Positions 29,057 to 39,561 of a stretch of DNA of 64,000 nt are shown here, one piece after another (position 1 is the first letter of the stretch; the number at the start of each line of letters is the position of its first letter). Location of the stretch: the NCBI GenBank assembly GCA_000165345.1, contig CM000431.1, positions 992,001-1,056,000 on the forward strand. The letters are read 5' to 3'. The notes beneath the pieces are model-generated. The model saw nothing but the letters and a program-made list of their open reading frames with translations. It searched no databases and was not told where the DNA came from. A program made the position numbers and the translations under genes.

Positions 29057-31648
29057 ATGCCATGTATACATTATAGGAAAGAAAATGTAAGGTCAGGATT
29101 AATACATCCAAATGGCAAAATTGTCGCATTGTTGGTTTCTTCTAATATATATACAATCGAGTTGTACAGAATTGATGATCTTGATAAACCAATTAAACTG
29201 CTTTGGTCTTTCCAGATTAAAGATAAGCCAAGTTGTATGGATTGGTGTAATAATGCAAAAAGTATCTGTATCGGCGATACAAATGGTTCTGTTACTATCA
29301 TTGATATCAATGGTCAAGTAAATAGCTATAATAACCTTCATTCACAAAATAATGAGATCAAGGAAATGAGAAACTTTATGTTATCAGGAGAACTCTTAAA
29401 TTTAAGAAAGGAAGGAATATTTCCAAGAAAATTGCAAGAACTAATAGTAATTGAACCTTATTCTTTAAGTATTAGAAACTCAAATGGTTCAGAAAACATT
29501 GGATTAGATGAGCTATTGAATGAATTCGTTTTAGATCAAGAAGCGGATGATCATTTTGATGATTCTCAAATTGATGGCACTACAAATCAACTTGAAATAT
29601 CAAAAAGTAAAGTAGAAATACTTCCTGAAGATTCTCAAAATGCAAATAGAGGTAACTATAAGGAAGCACCAAAGTTACTCCCAGAATATTTGAACCTGGA
29701 GGAAGATGTATGCTTAATTTTGACTATTGACTCAAAAAATAATATGATTTGTTCTATTGGTGGCCACACGCCTGTTTGGGTTTATAATCTACATGATCTT
29801 GGTCAAGGTAAAGATAGAATATTGAAAGATATTAGCATTTGTAAAAATCATATATTTCTAACTTATTTCCCTGAAAGTGAAAAAAAGGAAGACTTATTTA
29901 TAGAAATGATTGATATGAAACAATTTATCGACTCTTTTACAATAATATTCAATACATTTGGATTCTTGCAATATATGAGGCAGTTACTTAATTATCTTAA
30001 AAATGTTTTTCAACAGATATTGTCTGTTTGGCTTACTGGGATTAAGCCATTTAGACAGTTTCTAAGTAATGATAAAACGGTTAAAAAAAGCAATTTTTCA
30101 ATATTTTTACTTTCAATCATTTCAGGAGCTCCAATAAATATGTTTCAACCCGGTAACTCTTCTACAACTGAACTATCTATTACAATTGATCAGTTAGTTA
30201 TGTTTGGTCAGAATATTAATGACTCTATGGTTTATATTGAAAATACTATTTCACAAACTGTGGAGCCTGTGATGCAACAGATTTTTATTATTTGGAGTAT
30301 TATTCAAAAAACAGAGATTATTGAAGATCAGGAAACTAACAAAGTTTCAGCGCAGATTCATCTTTTGAAAGAGTTTAGCAAAACCTTAAATTACGAGACT
30401 GAGCAAGTTAAACCAATTGTTCATACTTTTTTGCATCTATTAAGCATAGCTAAGACCTATAAAGATGATGTAAAGAAAACTTCAACCGATCATTTTTTAC
30501 CACCAAAAATTATTTCTTCTGTAAATTCCAATATTATCGCCTCTACTTTCAAAATTAGTTCAGATTCATACTTTGTATTAAAGGATTTTATCAAGAGAAA
30601 ACATCTTTTCACTGATGAAAATGTGAAGGAAATGGATGATGAATCTCAAATAAGCCACTTTTTGAATGAAATAGAATTCAGAAAAATTGATAAGCTTCTA
30701 AATGAAGATGCAGAAGGTTGTTCTTTATCTTGTATTTTTAATTTGAGCTCTGCCATTGAAGAACTTTATAGACTAGCTGTCAAGAAAGTCTCAAAGAATT
30801 TCATTTGTAGCTTTTCTTCCTTAAAGGTGAATTTAGATCCAGGATATTTTTCCAAACAAAAAATCTTCAACTGTACAAATGTATCAATGGATGATTTCCA
30901 AAATATAGTCGTTAAGTTAATTCATCCAATACAAACTGAAAACAATAAATATGTTATTTCTAAGATTTGTATTAAGAATGATGAATTTTCAAGCCCTATT
31001 TCTACATTTGGAAACAATCATACGCTCGAGTATCCAACAGATTTTTCAAACGGAAATATTCAAATTGAATATTGTTCCAAGGCATTTTCACCAAGTATTA
31101 ACAAAATATCAATTGAATATACAATTGTGTGCCTTCCAATTCATTTACAGAACTTTAAGATTTCTAGTGTAGTATGGACCCACACTAATGAGCTTTTAAT
31201 GCTTGTTGATGATGGCTTAAAATCATCTCTTCTTTTTGGATTTAATTTAGATCTGATCAAATTACATGCTTTAACTCCAAGAACAAATAATTTATTGGAC
31301 GATTCTTTACAAAATAATAATCTTGCTCAAAATTCACTCAGACTAATGTTCAGTATAATTAATTCCAAAGCTGGACAGGACATCACCAAGTCTTGTGCTA
31401 AATCTTGTCTAAATCTCACCAACTTGTCAAATATATTTCATTACTCTCAAGACATCTCTCGAATTCATAGGCCTCAGAAGTTTAGAAACTTGTCAATGAA
31501 CATTTCTGGAACCAATGAAAGTAACTCCTCTATTGAATTCAATGAATCTCAAAAGGAATTTTGTACAAGTACAATGATTCTCGACTTTCACTCAAAATTT
31601 AACCAAGTAAGTTTAATCATCATTAACAAAATAACTTTTACTTTTTAA
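29057..31648 (+). CDS. anaphase-promoting complex subunit 4 (APC4)-like protein, 863 aa
   Basis: The N-terminal WD40 propeller pattern IHPNGKIVALLVSSNIYTIELYRI...LLWSF...PSCMDWCNNAKSICIGDTNGSVTIIDINGQ parallels human ANAPC4 VWSPKRDLIALANTAGEVLLHRL...RVWSF...VTCLAWRPDGKLLAFALADTKKIVLCDVE. The middle region FLQYMRQLLNYLKNVFQQILSVW...IKPFRQF parallels LLQYINLSLTCMCEAWEEILMQM...LTKFVQE. Length and architecture fit. Confidence 0.5.
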   Translation: MPCIHYRKENVRSGLIHPNGKIVALLVSSNIYTIELYRIDDLDKPIKLLWSFQIKDKPSCMDWCNNAKSICIGDTNGSVTIIDINGQVNSYNNLHSQNNEIKEMRNFMLSGELLNLRKEGIFPRKLQELIVIEPYSLSIRNSNGSENIGLDELLNEFVLDQEADDHFDDSQIDGTTNQLEISKSKVEILPEDSQNANRGNYKEAPKLLPEYLNLEEDVCLILTIDSKNNMICSIGGHTPVWVYNLHDLGQGKDRILKDISICKNHIFLTYFPESEKKEDLFIEMIDMKQFIDSFTIIFNTFGFLQYMRQLLNYLKNVFQQILSVWLTGIKPFRQFLSNDKTVKKSNFSIFLLSIISGAPINMFQPGNSSTTELSITIDQLVMFGQNINDSMVYIENTISQTVEPVMQQIFIIWSIIQKTEIIEDQETNKVSAQIHLLKEFSKTLNYETEQVKPIVHTFLHLLSIAKTYKDDVKKTSTDHFLPPKIISSVNSNIIASTFKISSDSYFVLKDFIKRKHLFTDENVKEMDDESQISHFLNEIEFRKIDKLLNEDAEGCSLSCIFNLSSAIEELYRLAVKKVSKNFICSFSSLKVNLDPGYFSKQKIFNCTNVSMDDFQNIVVKLIHPIQTENNKYVISKICIKNDEFSSPISTFGNNHTLEYPTDFSNGNIQIEYCSKAFSPSINKISIEYTIVCLPIHLQNFKISSVVWTHTNELLMLVDDGLKSSLLFGFNLDLIKLHALTPRTNNLLDDSLQNNNLAQNSLRLMFSIINSKAGQDITKSCAKSCLNLTNLSNIFHYSQDISRIHRPQKFRNLSMNISGTNESNSSIEFNESQKEFCTSTMILDFHSKFNQVSLIIINKITFTF

Positions 31649-32050
31649 TTTAATTAAAATTTCTTTTTAGAAATGTTTTGTTATTTCTGATCATAACGCT
31701 GGAAGGATTGCTGTAGGATATTTGGAATAGCTTCTATTTTGTTCAAATATCTCTCAAAACATTCTAGATTTAAATCTAATATCTATTAAAGCTGCCTAAA
31801 TCATCTATTAGTAACATTCTAATCAATAAAAAAAAAGATTTGAAATATTCAATGGTTAATTCAATATAACTTTTAGCCAAATTTTTCCCAAAACTAAATA
31901 GAAATTTCGACAAAAAAATTCAAAAATACCTTTATAATAACCTCGAAGCCATTTAAAATAATCTATAATTATTCCGTTGTTATCTTTTAAAACATTCTAA
32001 TTAGTTCATCTCCCTCAAAGCTTCCTTGAGTATTATGATTTATAAGTGCT

Positions 32051-32056
32051 GAAAAA
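32051..32056 (-). terminator. RNA polymerase III terminator (T6 run) immediately 3' of tRNA-Met
   Basis: On the minus strand the tRNA discriminator base is followed directly by TTTTTT. Confidence 0.6.
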
Positions 32057-32130
32057 AGGAGCTGACGGGACTCGAACCCGTGACCTCGAGGGTATGAATC
32101 TCGCGCACTAGCCAACTATGCGACAGCTCC
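32057..32130 (-). tRNA. tRNA-Met (anticodon CAU), elongator type
   Basis: Minus-strand sequence GGAGCTG-TC-GCAT-AGTTGGCTA-GTGC-G-CGAGA-TTCATAC-CCTCG-AGGTC-ACGGG-TTCGAGT-CCCGT-CAGCTCC-T. It has a 7-bp acceptor stem, U8, A14, G18G19, a D stem GCAT/GTGC, a T-arm ACGGG/CCCGT with T54-T55-C56 loop GTTCGAGT, and an anticodon loop TTCATAC (U33, CAT, A37). G1:C72 and T54 argue against initiator identity. There is one A31-C39 mismatch at the loop-proximal pair. Confidence 0.7.
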
Positions 32131-32494
32131 TCATACTTGTCCTGGTGATAGTTCGAGGTTAAATTACTTAAAATTAAATTGAAAAAAAACTTAATGCAAA
32201 TCTTGGATCGTCTCTCCAATATAATTTGCCATTCACAAAACCAGTACAAAGATCAAACCAATAAATACGCGCAAATACTTATACAAATATTATAAAACCT
32301 AGATAATAGTAGGGCTCTAAAGTAGAATAAGCAATATTCATCAAAATAAATGTTCAAAATGCGAACGAGTAGGTCCATTTGGATAGTTAAAAAAATTTGT
32401 TAAAAATGTGAAAATTGCTTTAATAGGAAGTTCAAAAGTGAAAATAGGCATTTAATAATTAAGGATGCCTCAGTTCATATATAAAGGAAATTAA

Positions 32495-35400
32495 TTAAAA
32501 TTGTCTTTCAACGGATGTTTTTCGATCCTCCTTATGTTTTGTGATTAAAGAAAAGAGCGAAACCGTCAAAAACATGGTAGTTAGGCAAATGATCACAAAC
32601 TCGATTCTCCAACTAAAAGGAATAATATTGGAGCCGTTGGGTCCTGAAAAAGGTCTTGATGAAGGGTTAATCACAGTGACCCCAAATAACTTAAAAACTG
32701 AATTTTTAATATTTTCAGAGTCACAGTTGACTCTAAACATGCATGTGAAACTATTAGGTCCAGTAAAAATTAGTGTGCCATAAACTAATGCGTTAATTGT
32801 TACAGGAACTAATATAAACGGGTTCTTGAAGAAAGGATTTCTAAACTGGGATCCCATAGTATAGCATAATGCAGTGGCAATAATCTGGACTGCAGTGTAG
32901 ATCCAAGAGCATGTTGACTCAATATTATCCATACGCATAAACCAATTTTGAGCGGGTAATTGAACATTGAAGTTTTTAGAGGACTGAAACCAAGGCTTGG
33001 AGCTAAGTCTATTAAACATTATAAAATAACCAATAATGTAAGTAGTGATTGGGGTCAAAAAGGCTAAAGCAAAGCGGAAGCTTGCAATACTACCAAAAGG
33101 TCTGGCTGCTGCTAATCTTCTACATGGAGAGTTGAACAAAAGTCCAATTAGGAGAAGAGTCTGTGCAAAGAAAGCAACAAATGAGCTGGAAATATCTGGA
33201 ACTGCTGCATATGCAAAGTGTGTTAATAATGTTTCACTTAGAGATGTCATAATACCATACGCAACGAGATACAGTAAGATTGACATGGCTGAAGCTAGGC
33301 TACTCCTTCCTTCACGAATGATTTCTAATACAGAGTTCAAATTTGAGGTAGAGGAATTGAAGGGAGCTACCAAAGATGCGTCTCCCCTTGAAAATGAAAG
33401 CCCTACGTGGGAAATTCTGAGAGCTCCACAGTCGTTTCCACCATCCCCTACCATTCCAGTTATGATACCTCTCTTCATAAAAAGACTTATTACCTCAGAC
33501 TTGTTATTTGGAGACATTCTAGCATAGACACTAACGCGGTTTAATATGTGATCAATCTTGGTTTTTCCCCGAAGTAGGCCACATGAGGCCTCAATATCCA
33601 GTTTATCAAGATTCTTGGATCCTCTTATAGGCTCAAAGAAAACTATTGAAGAGTTATGCTCCTTTAATAATATGTTAAAGCAATCACCAGTCAAAATTAA
33701 GTTTCCAAATTTACTATCTTTAGTGTATATCTCGCTATCTGCAATTAATTCTCTTGATTCTCTGCATCTCCATTGTACATATTCAGACCCCATTTGATTT
33801 GTTGAAAGCTCAGAGACTGCAATTTTTCCATAAGTCTCGTCAACTATTCCAAGTTTCAAAGCAGCATTTAACCCTGTTAATGCAGAGTCCCCAGTAATCA
33901 TAATAGGTAGTACATCAGAGTCCACTAGTTGTTTTAGAACATGAGAGGCTTCTTTCCTCACAGTATTTTCAAACAGTAAAAGTCCAATTGGCGATAAATC
34001 AGTTTCTATATCATTTCTATTCAACGTCAGATACAAGTTTAGCAAACTCTTTTCTATTCTTTTGTAACCGGACATAATTAAATAATAACCTTTAGAAGAA
34101 AGCTCGTCAAGCTTCTGCTTAAATTCAGTTCCAATGGATCCGGTATAAATTTTTTGGATTGATTCAGGTGCTCCCTTGGTGAATAAATAGTATTCGTCAT
34201 TATACTTACAATGTACAATGATACTCATTAGTCTTCTATTGTAGTCAAACGGAAAAATTCGGAGTACCTCTAATGAGCTAATCGAAATATCTGTTTTTTC
34301 CAAACCGTCATATCCTGAACCAATGGACCGAATATAAACGCTGTCATTTGTTGGATCCTTTTCAAAAAAGCTGTTCGTAACTGAAAAAAGTGCTTTATCG
34401 GTATCGTTTCCATTCATACTCTCATAGTATTTTCTTGGATTAGTAATTACGTCACGAGAGATTCCAAAGTTTGTTGGAGAGTGGCTTAGCGATGTACAAC
34501 TTTTTATTGATAAGAATGCCAGCTTAAACTTATCTTGAATCTCATCTATATTGTAAACACTATCAGACAAAACATAATCAATGCTTTGGCTTCTTGTGTC
34601 ATGTTCAGATAAAACAATAGAATAATCCGTACTCATTTCTGTTGGTGTAACATCAGCATTGAGTAAGTAGCTTTGTTCATCACTACCAATGGTATTTATT
34701 GGAGACATACCAATAAAATCAAGATGATCATTAGTCAATGTTCCTGTTTTATCAAAACACATAATCCTAAGTTTCCCAGCGAGGATGATTCTAGTTGGAA
34801 TAAGAGCCTTGACATTGAAGTTCTTAAAAAGTCTTCTTGATGAAATATTTTGAGACAAAGTATTCAGTACCCCAAGATAAAGAGGGAAAGTGGAATTCAT
34901 AGATCCTAATGCAAAGAAGAATGTAAATAACCCCCAGCTGAACGAATTACCTTGTTTGAAAATGATCAATGCCACGATAATACTTAAAAAAAGCCAAACA
35001 ATGGGAAGTTGATCATATAGTCCAAAACTATATTTACTGGGATATAAAATTGATCTAATGATCTTTCCTCTAAGAGTAGAAATACCAGTTCGAATAACTA
35101 ATGCTGTAGTAGTAGATGGTTCATCTGATACAAGCTTTTGATTTCCAGGTAGTTCAGATAGGTCTGTACTTAAGTTAATAATTGAATCAGTGGATCTTGT
35201 TGATGATGTTTGGATATTCATAGATCCAATCGAACTGCTAAGAGCCATTCCTCTACCAACATTATTATAAACAGCAGTAACTTGTGTACCTGCATATAAA
35301 AAATACCTCTTTCCTGAATATGGCCCATCTTCTGGAGATATTTTTTCAGATTCACATTCAGAAATGGGCATTTTCAAAACCTCAGCAGATTCACCTGTCA

Positions 35401-36790
35401 ACATTGACTCATTAACAACGGCTGAACCTGATAAGAGTAGAAGATCACATGGTACTATAGAATTCTCATATACATGTATAATATCACCAGGTACTAATTC
35501 TAAGTTATGTAAAGTAACTAGCTTCCCATCCCTTATAACCTTGACATTATCACATCCCGTCATTTCTGCCAATTCTCTGATATTTCTAATTTTAATAAAG
35601 TGAATCCTTATATTTGCAATGATACTGATAATCATCATTGGGACCCATTTTACGGCAAAAAGTACGTATCCTTGGAATGTATATGAAGCTACAACAAGAA
35701 GTTGGAACACTGTTAGAGGATTAAGAATCTCATTCAAGAGACCCTCAATGAGAGAAGGCAATTCAATATTAATTTCATTTTTTCCATAAGATTGGTATTG
35801 TTCATGTACAAGTTCACTATTTAAACCTAAAATAGGGCTGAGAATCATTGTTCCGTCTTTATATTCCTTTTTTACACCTTCAGAATCTTCTTGTTTCTTT
35901 AAAGCTTTCAAATTCTCAAAGTTTGGTTTTAATTGTTCTAGCTCTGATATGTTTGGAACACTATAAATATCATTTTCCAAATAGGCTGTAAGATTAGCGA
36001 GTTCACCATTAGAACCCATTTGATCCTCTACACATGTGAACTTTTTTAAATTTTCTGAATACCAATATCTGACACAGAAAAGTTCAAAGTATGCTTTGCA
36101 AGTGTTGTCATCAGTACGTTCTCTTTGAACAGATATAGTGGAAAGTATATAGCCAGAAATCTCGTCATTCAGAACTCTTGAAAGTTTATTGAAAGGATCT
36201 AGAAAAAGGGAAAGAATTTTGTTAAGTTTTGTCTGCTTTTTACATGTGACATCAGAATCTACATTTATCTTTTGCCATATTGATACAAAATCAGCATCTT
36301 TTAAATCACAAGGATAATAAAAGAATTGTTCAAATGAAGATTTTGTTGATCTATAAAAGAAGCATAAAAAGAAGCACTCTAACCAAAGTGATATAAATAC
36401 AAGAGCTCTATTACTCCAGTAAGGCGCAAGCTCTCTTCTATTACAACCAGCCGTATCATATGTATGAATAATGATAAATAAAAATGGTAATATTGTGGAT
36501 AATGTAGTAATTGAGCGGAGAAGAGAGCCAATAACAGAATACTTATACCCAATTTGAAGACCATCGCGTCGTTCTTGCTTTTTTGCATTCCTATTTCTGT
36601 ATAAGCTCCAGCAGTATGCTAGAATAGCCGATACCAAAAGGCTAATGAATGTAGTCCATCCCAATTTAGCACTAATAATAGGATTAGCAGGAGAGTGAAG
36701 AGTTAATCTAGAAAGATCTCTATAAATTCTAACAAATAATCCCTTGCGTTCACCTGAAGGCACTAAATCAACTCCTTCATTATGGGCCAT
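32495..36790 (-). CDS. P5-type P-type cation-transporting ATPase (ATP13A/Spf1-like), 1431 aa
   Basis: P-type core motifs: TGES in PCDLLLLSGSAVVNESMLTGESAEV (P5-type CDxLLL...VNE-MLTGES); phosphorylation site MCFDKTGTLT at about 34733-34753; ITGDSALTG (TGD); MVGDGGNDCGALRISHVGLSF (GDGxND). There are N- and C-terminal multi-TM blocks. Confidence 0.85.
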   Translation of the reverse strand: MAHNEGVDLVPSGERKGLFVRIYRDLSRLTLHSPANPIISAKLGWTTFISLLVSAILAYCWSLYRNRNAKKQERRDGLQIGYKYSVIGSLLRSITTLSTILPFLFIIIHTYDTAGCNRRELAPYWSNRALVFISLWLECFFLCFFYRSTKSSFEQFFYYPCDLKDADFVSIWQKINVDSDVTCKKQTKLNKILSLFLDPFNKLSRVLNDEISGYILSTISVQRERTDDNTCKAYFELFCVRYWYSENLKKFTCVEDQMGSNGELANLTAYLENDIYSVPNISELEQLKPNFENLKALKKQEDSEGVKKEYKDGTMILSPILGLNSELVHEQYQSYGKNEINIELPSLIEGLLNEILNPLTVFQLLVVASYTFQGYVLFAVKWVPMMIISIIANIRIHFIKIRNIRELAEMTGCDNVKVIRDGKLVTLHNLELVPGDIIHVYENSIVPCDLLLLSGSAVVNESMLTGESAEVLKMPISECESEKISPEDGPYSGKRYFLYAGTQVTAVYNNVGRGMALSSSIGSMNIQTSSTRSTDSIINLSTDLSELPGNQKLVSDEPSTTTALVIRTGISTLRGKIIRSILYPSKYSFGLYDQLPIVWLFLSIIVALIIFKQGNSFSWGLFTFFFALGSMNSTFPLYLGVLNTLSQNISSRRLFKNFNVKALIPTRIILAGKLRIMCFDKTGTLTNDHLDFIGMSPINTIGSDEQSYLLNADVTPTEMSTDYSIVLSEHDTRSQSIDYVLSDSVYNIDEIQDKFKLAFLSIKSCTSLSHSPTNFGISRDVITNPRKYYESMNGNDTDKALFSVTNSFFEKDPTNDSVYIRSIGSGYDGLEKTDISISSLEVLRIFPFDYNRRLMSIIVHCKYNDEYYLFTKGAPESIQKIYTGSIGTEFKQKLDELSSKGYYLIMSGYKRIEKSLLNLYLTLNRNDIETDLSPIGLLLFENTVRKEASHVLKQLVDSDVLPIMITGDSALTGLNAALKLGIVDETYGKIAVSELSTNQMGSEYVQWRCRESRELIADSEIYTKDSKFGNLILTGDCFNILLKEHNSSIVFFEPIRGSKNLDKLDIEASCGLLRGKTKIDHILNRVSVYARMSPNNKSEVISLFMKRGIITGMVGDGGNDCGALRISHVGLSFSRGDASLVAPFNSSTSNLNSVLEIIREGRSSLASAMSILLYLVAYGIMTSLSETLLTHFAYAAVPDISSSFVAFFAQTLLLIGLLFNSPCRRLAAARPFGSIASFRFALAFLTPITTYIIGYFIMFNRLSSKPWFQSSKNFNVQLPAQNWFMRMDNIESTCSWIYTAVQIIATALCYTMGSQFRNPFFKNPFILVPVTINALVYGTLIFTGPNSFTCMFRVNCDSENIKNSVFKLFGVTVINPSSRPFSGPNGSNIIPFSWRIEFVIICLTTMFLTVSLFSLITKHKEDRKTSVERQF

Positions 36791-37021
36791 TATTAACTGC
36801 TAAAAACTAGAACAAGAAAAGGCACTTTAGCAAGAAACAACTCTCCTGTTCAATCAAAAAATAACTAAATCCCAATCTTAAATCTTTAATCAATCTTCAA
36901 GGGAGAATTTATTCTTTAATTTAATCCAATTATTTTTTTCAGCAAATACTTGGAGACATCTTTAATATAAATAGTTAATTTTTAACTATATTAAAAACCT
37001 TTTATTACCTTGTGGTCATCA

Positions 37022-37030
37022 GGCGCCAAT
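37022..37030. promoter_or_regulatory. E2F-like site GGCGCCAAT about 230 bp upstream of the P5-ATPase start
   Basis: GGCGCCAA core in the 635-bp spacer between the ATPase 5' end and the nucleolin-like gene 3' end. Confidence 0.3.
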
Positions 37031-37425
37031 GCACGATACTTTAACCTTGGGGTGACGCCAACGTCTTAATTTAATTTAATGGTTTGTTTTGGTAATAAAG
37101 CGATGAATAGTTAAAATGCATCGCAATTGTGTTGATCCCACACTAAATTTCGTTAAAGAATTGGTTAAAACCATTCATAAAATCATCCCAAGATGAAAGA
37201 TTAGCATGATCCTTTAACTAACGAATGAATGCAATAATAAATTTGTGCAATTTTAAGAATTAGATTCTTTAAATATACAAAAATTTCAAGTTGAACTAAT
37301 AATTAAAATAAAATCCTAAAACTAGTGTATCCTTTGTTTTAATATAGAATCCTTTGATATAGCTAATTACCTAATTATTAGACATTTCATTGATTAAAAA
37401 CCTAATGATACAATATAAAATTCAT

Positions 37426-39561
37426 TTAGTCACTATCATCAAATGTGGTACTTGTGCCCTGGAAGGTTGTAGATGAGTTATTCTTTGCAGGCCTGTTATT
37501 AGCACCGCCACGTCCTCCACCTGACCCTGCACCTCTTCCACCACCACCATTCTTTCCTAAGGCAATTTCAATAGTTACCTCTCTTCCATTCATTGAAGTA
37601 CCTGATAACTTGAGAGCATTTTGAATTTGTTCATCATTTTCAAATTCAACCATAGCGAAGCCTCTCATTTTTCCAGTATCAGAATATCTAGGAATAGAGA
37701 CTCTTTTGACTACACCACAACCATTGAAAAATGATTTAACTGATTCATCATCGCTTGAAAAAGGAATGTTTCTAACGATGACTGAAGGACCATATCCTCC
37801 GCTTGATAGACTTCCTGGTTGAGGCTTGTCTGCTGACATGTTAATCCTTAACATTCTACCTTTATATTCTGTTTGATTCCATTGGATTGCTGACTTGGCT
37901 CCTTCTTCTTGTTCGAAAGTAATAAAAGCGCATCCCTTATCAGAAAGAACTGATACTCTTTCAATAGATCCGCATTCTTCAAACAGACCTCTAATCTCCT
38001 CCTCAGTGCAAGAATATGGAAGGTTGCCACAATATACTTCTCTAGAGTCTTTGTTATTTGTATTCTGTCTCTTTCTTGGTTGACTGTTATCATCATTTCC
38101 TTGATAAGAACGCTTTGGAGTATCATTCTTTGTAATTTTGTTTTCCTTGTTATTGTTTAGCTCGCTTTCTGCTTTTCTCTTACTCTTATTCATTTCAACT
38201 TCTGATTCTGATGAAGAATTTGATGATTTCACAGATTTCGATACTTTTTTGGCTTTTTCATTATCGCTTTCAGAGTCTGATGAGCTGGATGAATCAGAAG
38301 AAGAGCTATCAGACATTGCTTTCTTTGCCGTAGTTGATGCTGCTGCTTTGGTATTCTTCTTTGGTTTCTCGTCTTCTGAAGATGAAGAATCAGAAGAGCT
38401 TGAAGAATCTGAAGAACTATTTGATATGTTCTTCTTCATTGGTGTTGCTGCTTTAGCATTCTTCTTTGGTTGTTCATCTTCAGAAGAAGAGTCTGAATCA
38501 GAAGATGAAGATGAAGAGGAGCTATTTGAAATATTCTTCTTCATTGGTGTTGCTGCTTTAGAATTCTTCTTTGGTTGTTCGTCCTCAGAAGATGAGGAAG
38601 AGTCTGAAGATGAGGAAGAGGAAGAGCTATCAGACATTGCTTTCTTTGCTGGAGTCGATGCTGCTGCTTTAGAATTCTTCTTTGGTTGTTCATCCTCAGA
38701 AGATGAAGAAGAGTCTGATGATGAAGAACTATCAGACATTGCTTTCTTTGCTGGAATCGATGCTGCTGCTTTGGTATTCTTCTTTGGTTGTTCGTCCTCA
38801 GAAGATGAAGAAGAGTCTGATGATGAGGAAGAGCTATCAGACACTGCCTTTTTTGCAGAAGCTTGTGTTGTTACCTTAATATTCTTCTTTGGTTGTTCGT
38901 CCTCAGAAGATGAGGAAGAGTCTGATGATGAAGAACTATCAGACATTGCTTTCTTTGCTGGAGTTGGAATTACTGCCTTAGTATTCTTCTTTGATTTCTC
39001 ATCCTCTGAAGATGAAGAATCAGAAGAGCTTGAAGAATCTGAGGAACTATTTGATATGTTCTTCTTCATTGGTGTTGCTGCTTTAGCATTCTTCTTTGGT
39101 TGTTCATCTTCAGAAGAAGAGTCTGAATCAGAAGATGAAGATGATGAAGAGCTGTTTGAGATACTCTTCTTCATCGGTGCTGCTGCTTTGGCATTCTTCT
39201 TTGGTTGTTCATCTTCAGAAGAAGAATCTGAGTCAGAAGATGAAGATGAGCTATTTGAGATGTTCTTCTTCACTGGTGCTGCTGCTTTGGTATTCTTCTT
39301 TGGTTGTTCATCCTCAGAAGATGAGGAAGAGTCTGATGATGAAGAACTATCAGACATTGCTTTCTTTGCTGGAGTTGGAATTACTGCCTTAGTATTCTTC
39401 TTTGATTTCTCATCCTCTGAAGATGAAGAAGAACCTGAAGAAGAATCAGTAGAAGATTCTGGAATCTTAGTATTATTCATTTCAGACTTCTTAGAACCCT
39501 TTTTATTATCGTTACTCTTATTCTTAATACTTGTTAGCTTCTTTTCAGCCTTCTTTACCAT
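37426..39561 (-). CDS. nucleolin-like nucleolar RNA-binding protein (NSR1/GAR2-like): Ser/acidic repeat N-terminus, two RRMs, C-terminal GAR (RGG) domain
   Basis: About 11 degenerate repeats of poly-Ser followed by SSEDEQPKKN[AT]KAA[AT]P[MV]KKNISN. RRM1 is VYCGNLPYSCTEEEIRGLFEECGSIERVSVLSDKGCAFITFEQEEGA (RNP2 and RNP1). RRM2 is VIVRNIPFSSDDESVKSFFNGCGVVKRVSIPRYSDTGKMRGFAMVEFEN. The C-terminal GGGGRGAGSGGGRGGANN is a GAR domain. Confidence 0.8.
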   Translation of the reverse strand: MVKKAEKKLTSIKNKSNDNKKGSKKSEMNNTKIPESSTDSSSGSSSSSEDEKSKKNTKAVIPTPAKKAMSDSSSSSDSSSSSEDEQPKKNTKAAAPVKKNISNSSSSSSDSDSSSEDEQPKKNAKAAAPMKKSISNSSSSSSSSDSDSSSEDEQPKKNAKAATPMKKNISNSSSDSSSSSDSSSSEDEKSKKNTKAVIPTPAKKAMSDSSSSSDSSSSSEDEQPKKNIKVTTQASAKKAVSDSSSSSSDSSSSSEDEQPKKNTKAAASIPAKKAMSDSSSSSDSSSSSEDEQPKKNSKAAASTPAKKAMSDSSSSSSSSDSSSSSEDEQPKKNSKAATPMKKNISNSSSSSSSSDSDSSSEDEQPKKNAKAATPMKKNISNSSSDSSSSSDSSSSEDEKPKKNTKAAASTTAKKAMSDSSSSDSSSSSDSESDNEKAKKVSKSVKSSNSSSESEVEMNKSKRKAESELNNNKENKITKNDTPKRSYQGNDDNSQPRKRQNTNNKDSREVYCGNLPYSCTEEEIRGLFEECGSIERVSVLSDKGCAFITFEQEEGAKSAIQWNQTEYKGRMLRINMSADKPQPGSLSSGGYGPSVIVRNIPFSSDDESVKSFFNGCGVVKRVSIPRYSDTGKMRGFAMVEFENDEQIQNALKLSGTSMNGREVTIEIALGKNGGGGRGAGSGGGRGGANNRPAKNNSSTTFQGTSTTFDDSD
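37950..39470 (-). repeat. in-frame coding tandem repeats (about 110-130 nt units) encoding serine-rich/acidic nucleolin N-terminal repeats
   Basis: The SSEDEQPKKN...KAA.P.KKNISNSSSS block is reiterated about 11 times with variation. The complementary strand gives a long spurious ORF (38138-39667) with matching periodicity. Confidence 0.8.

Noticed and set aside
32040-32249. 69-aa minus-strand ORF
   Set aside because: It overlaps the tRNA-Met gene completely. The tRNA cloverleaf explains the sequence.
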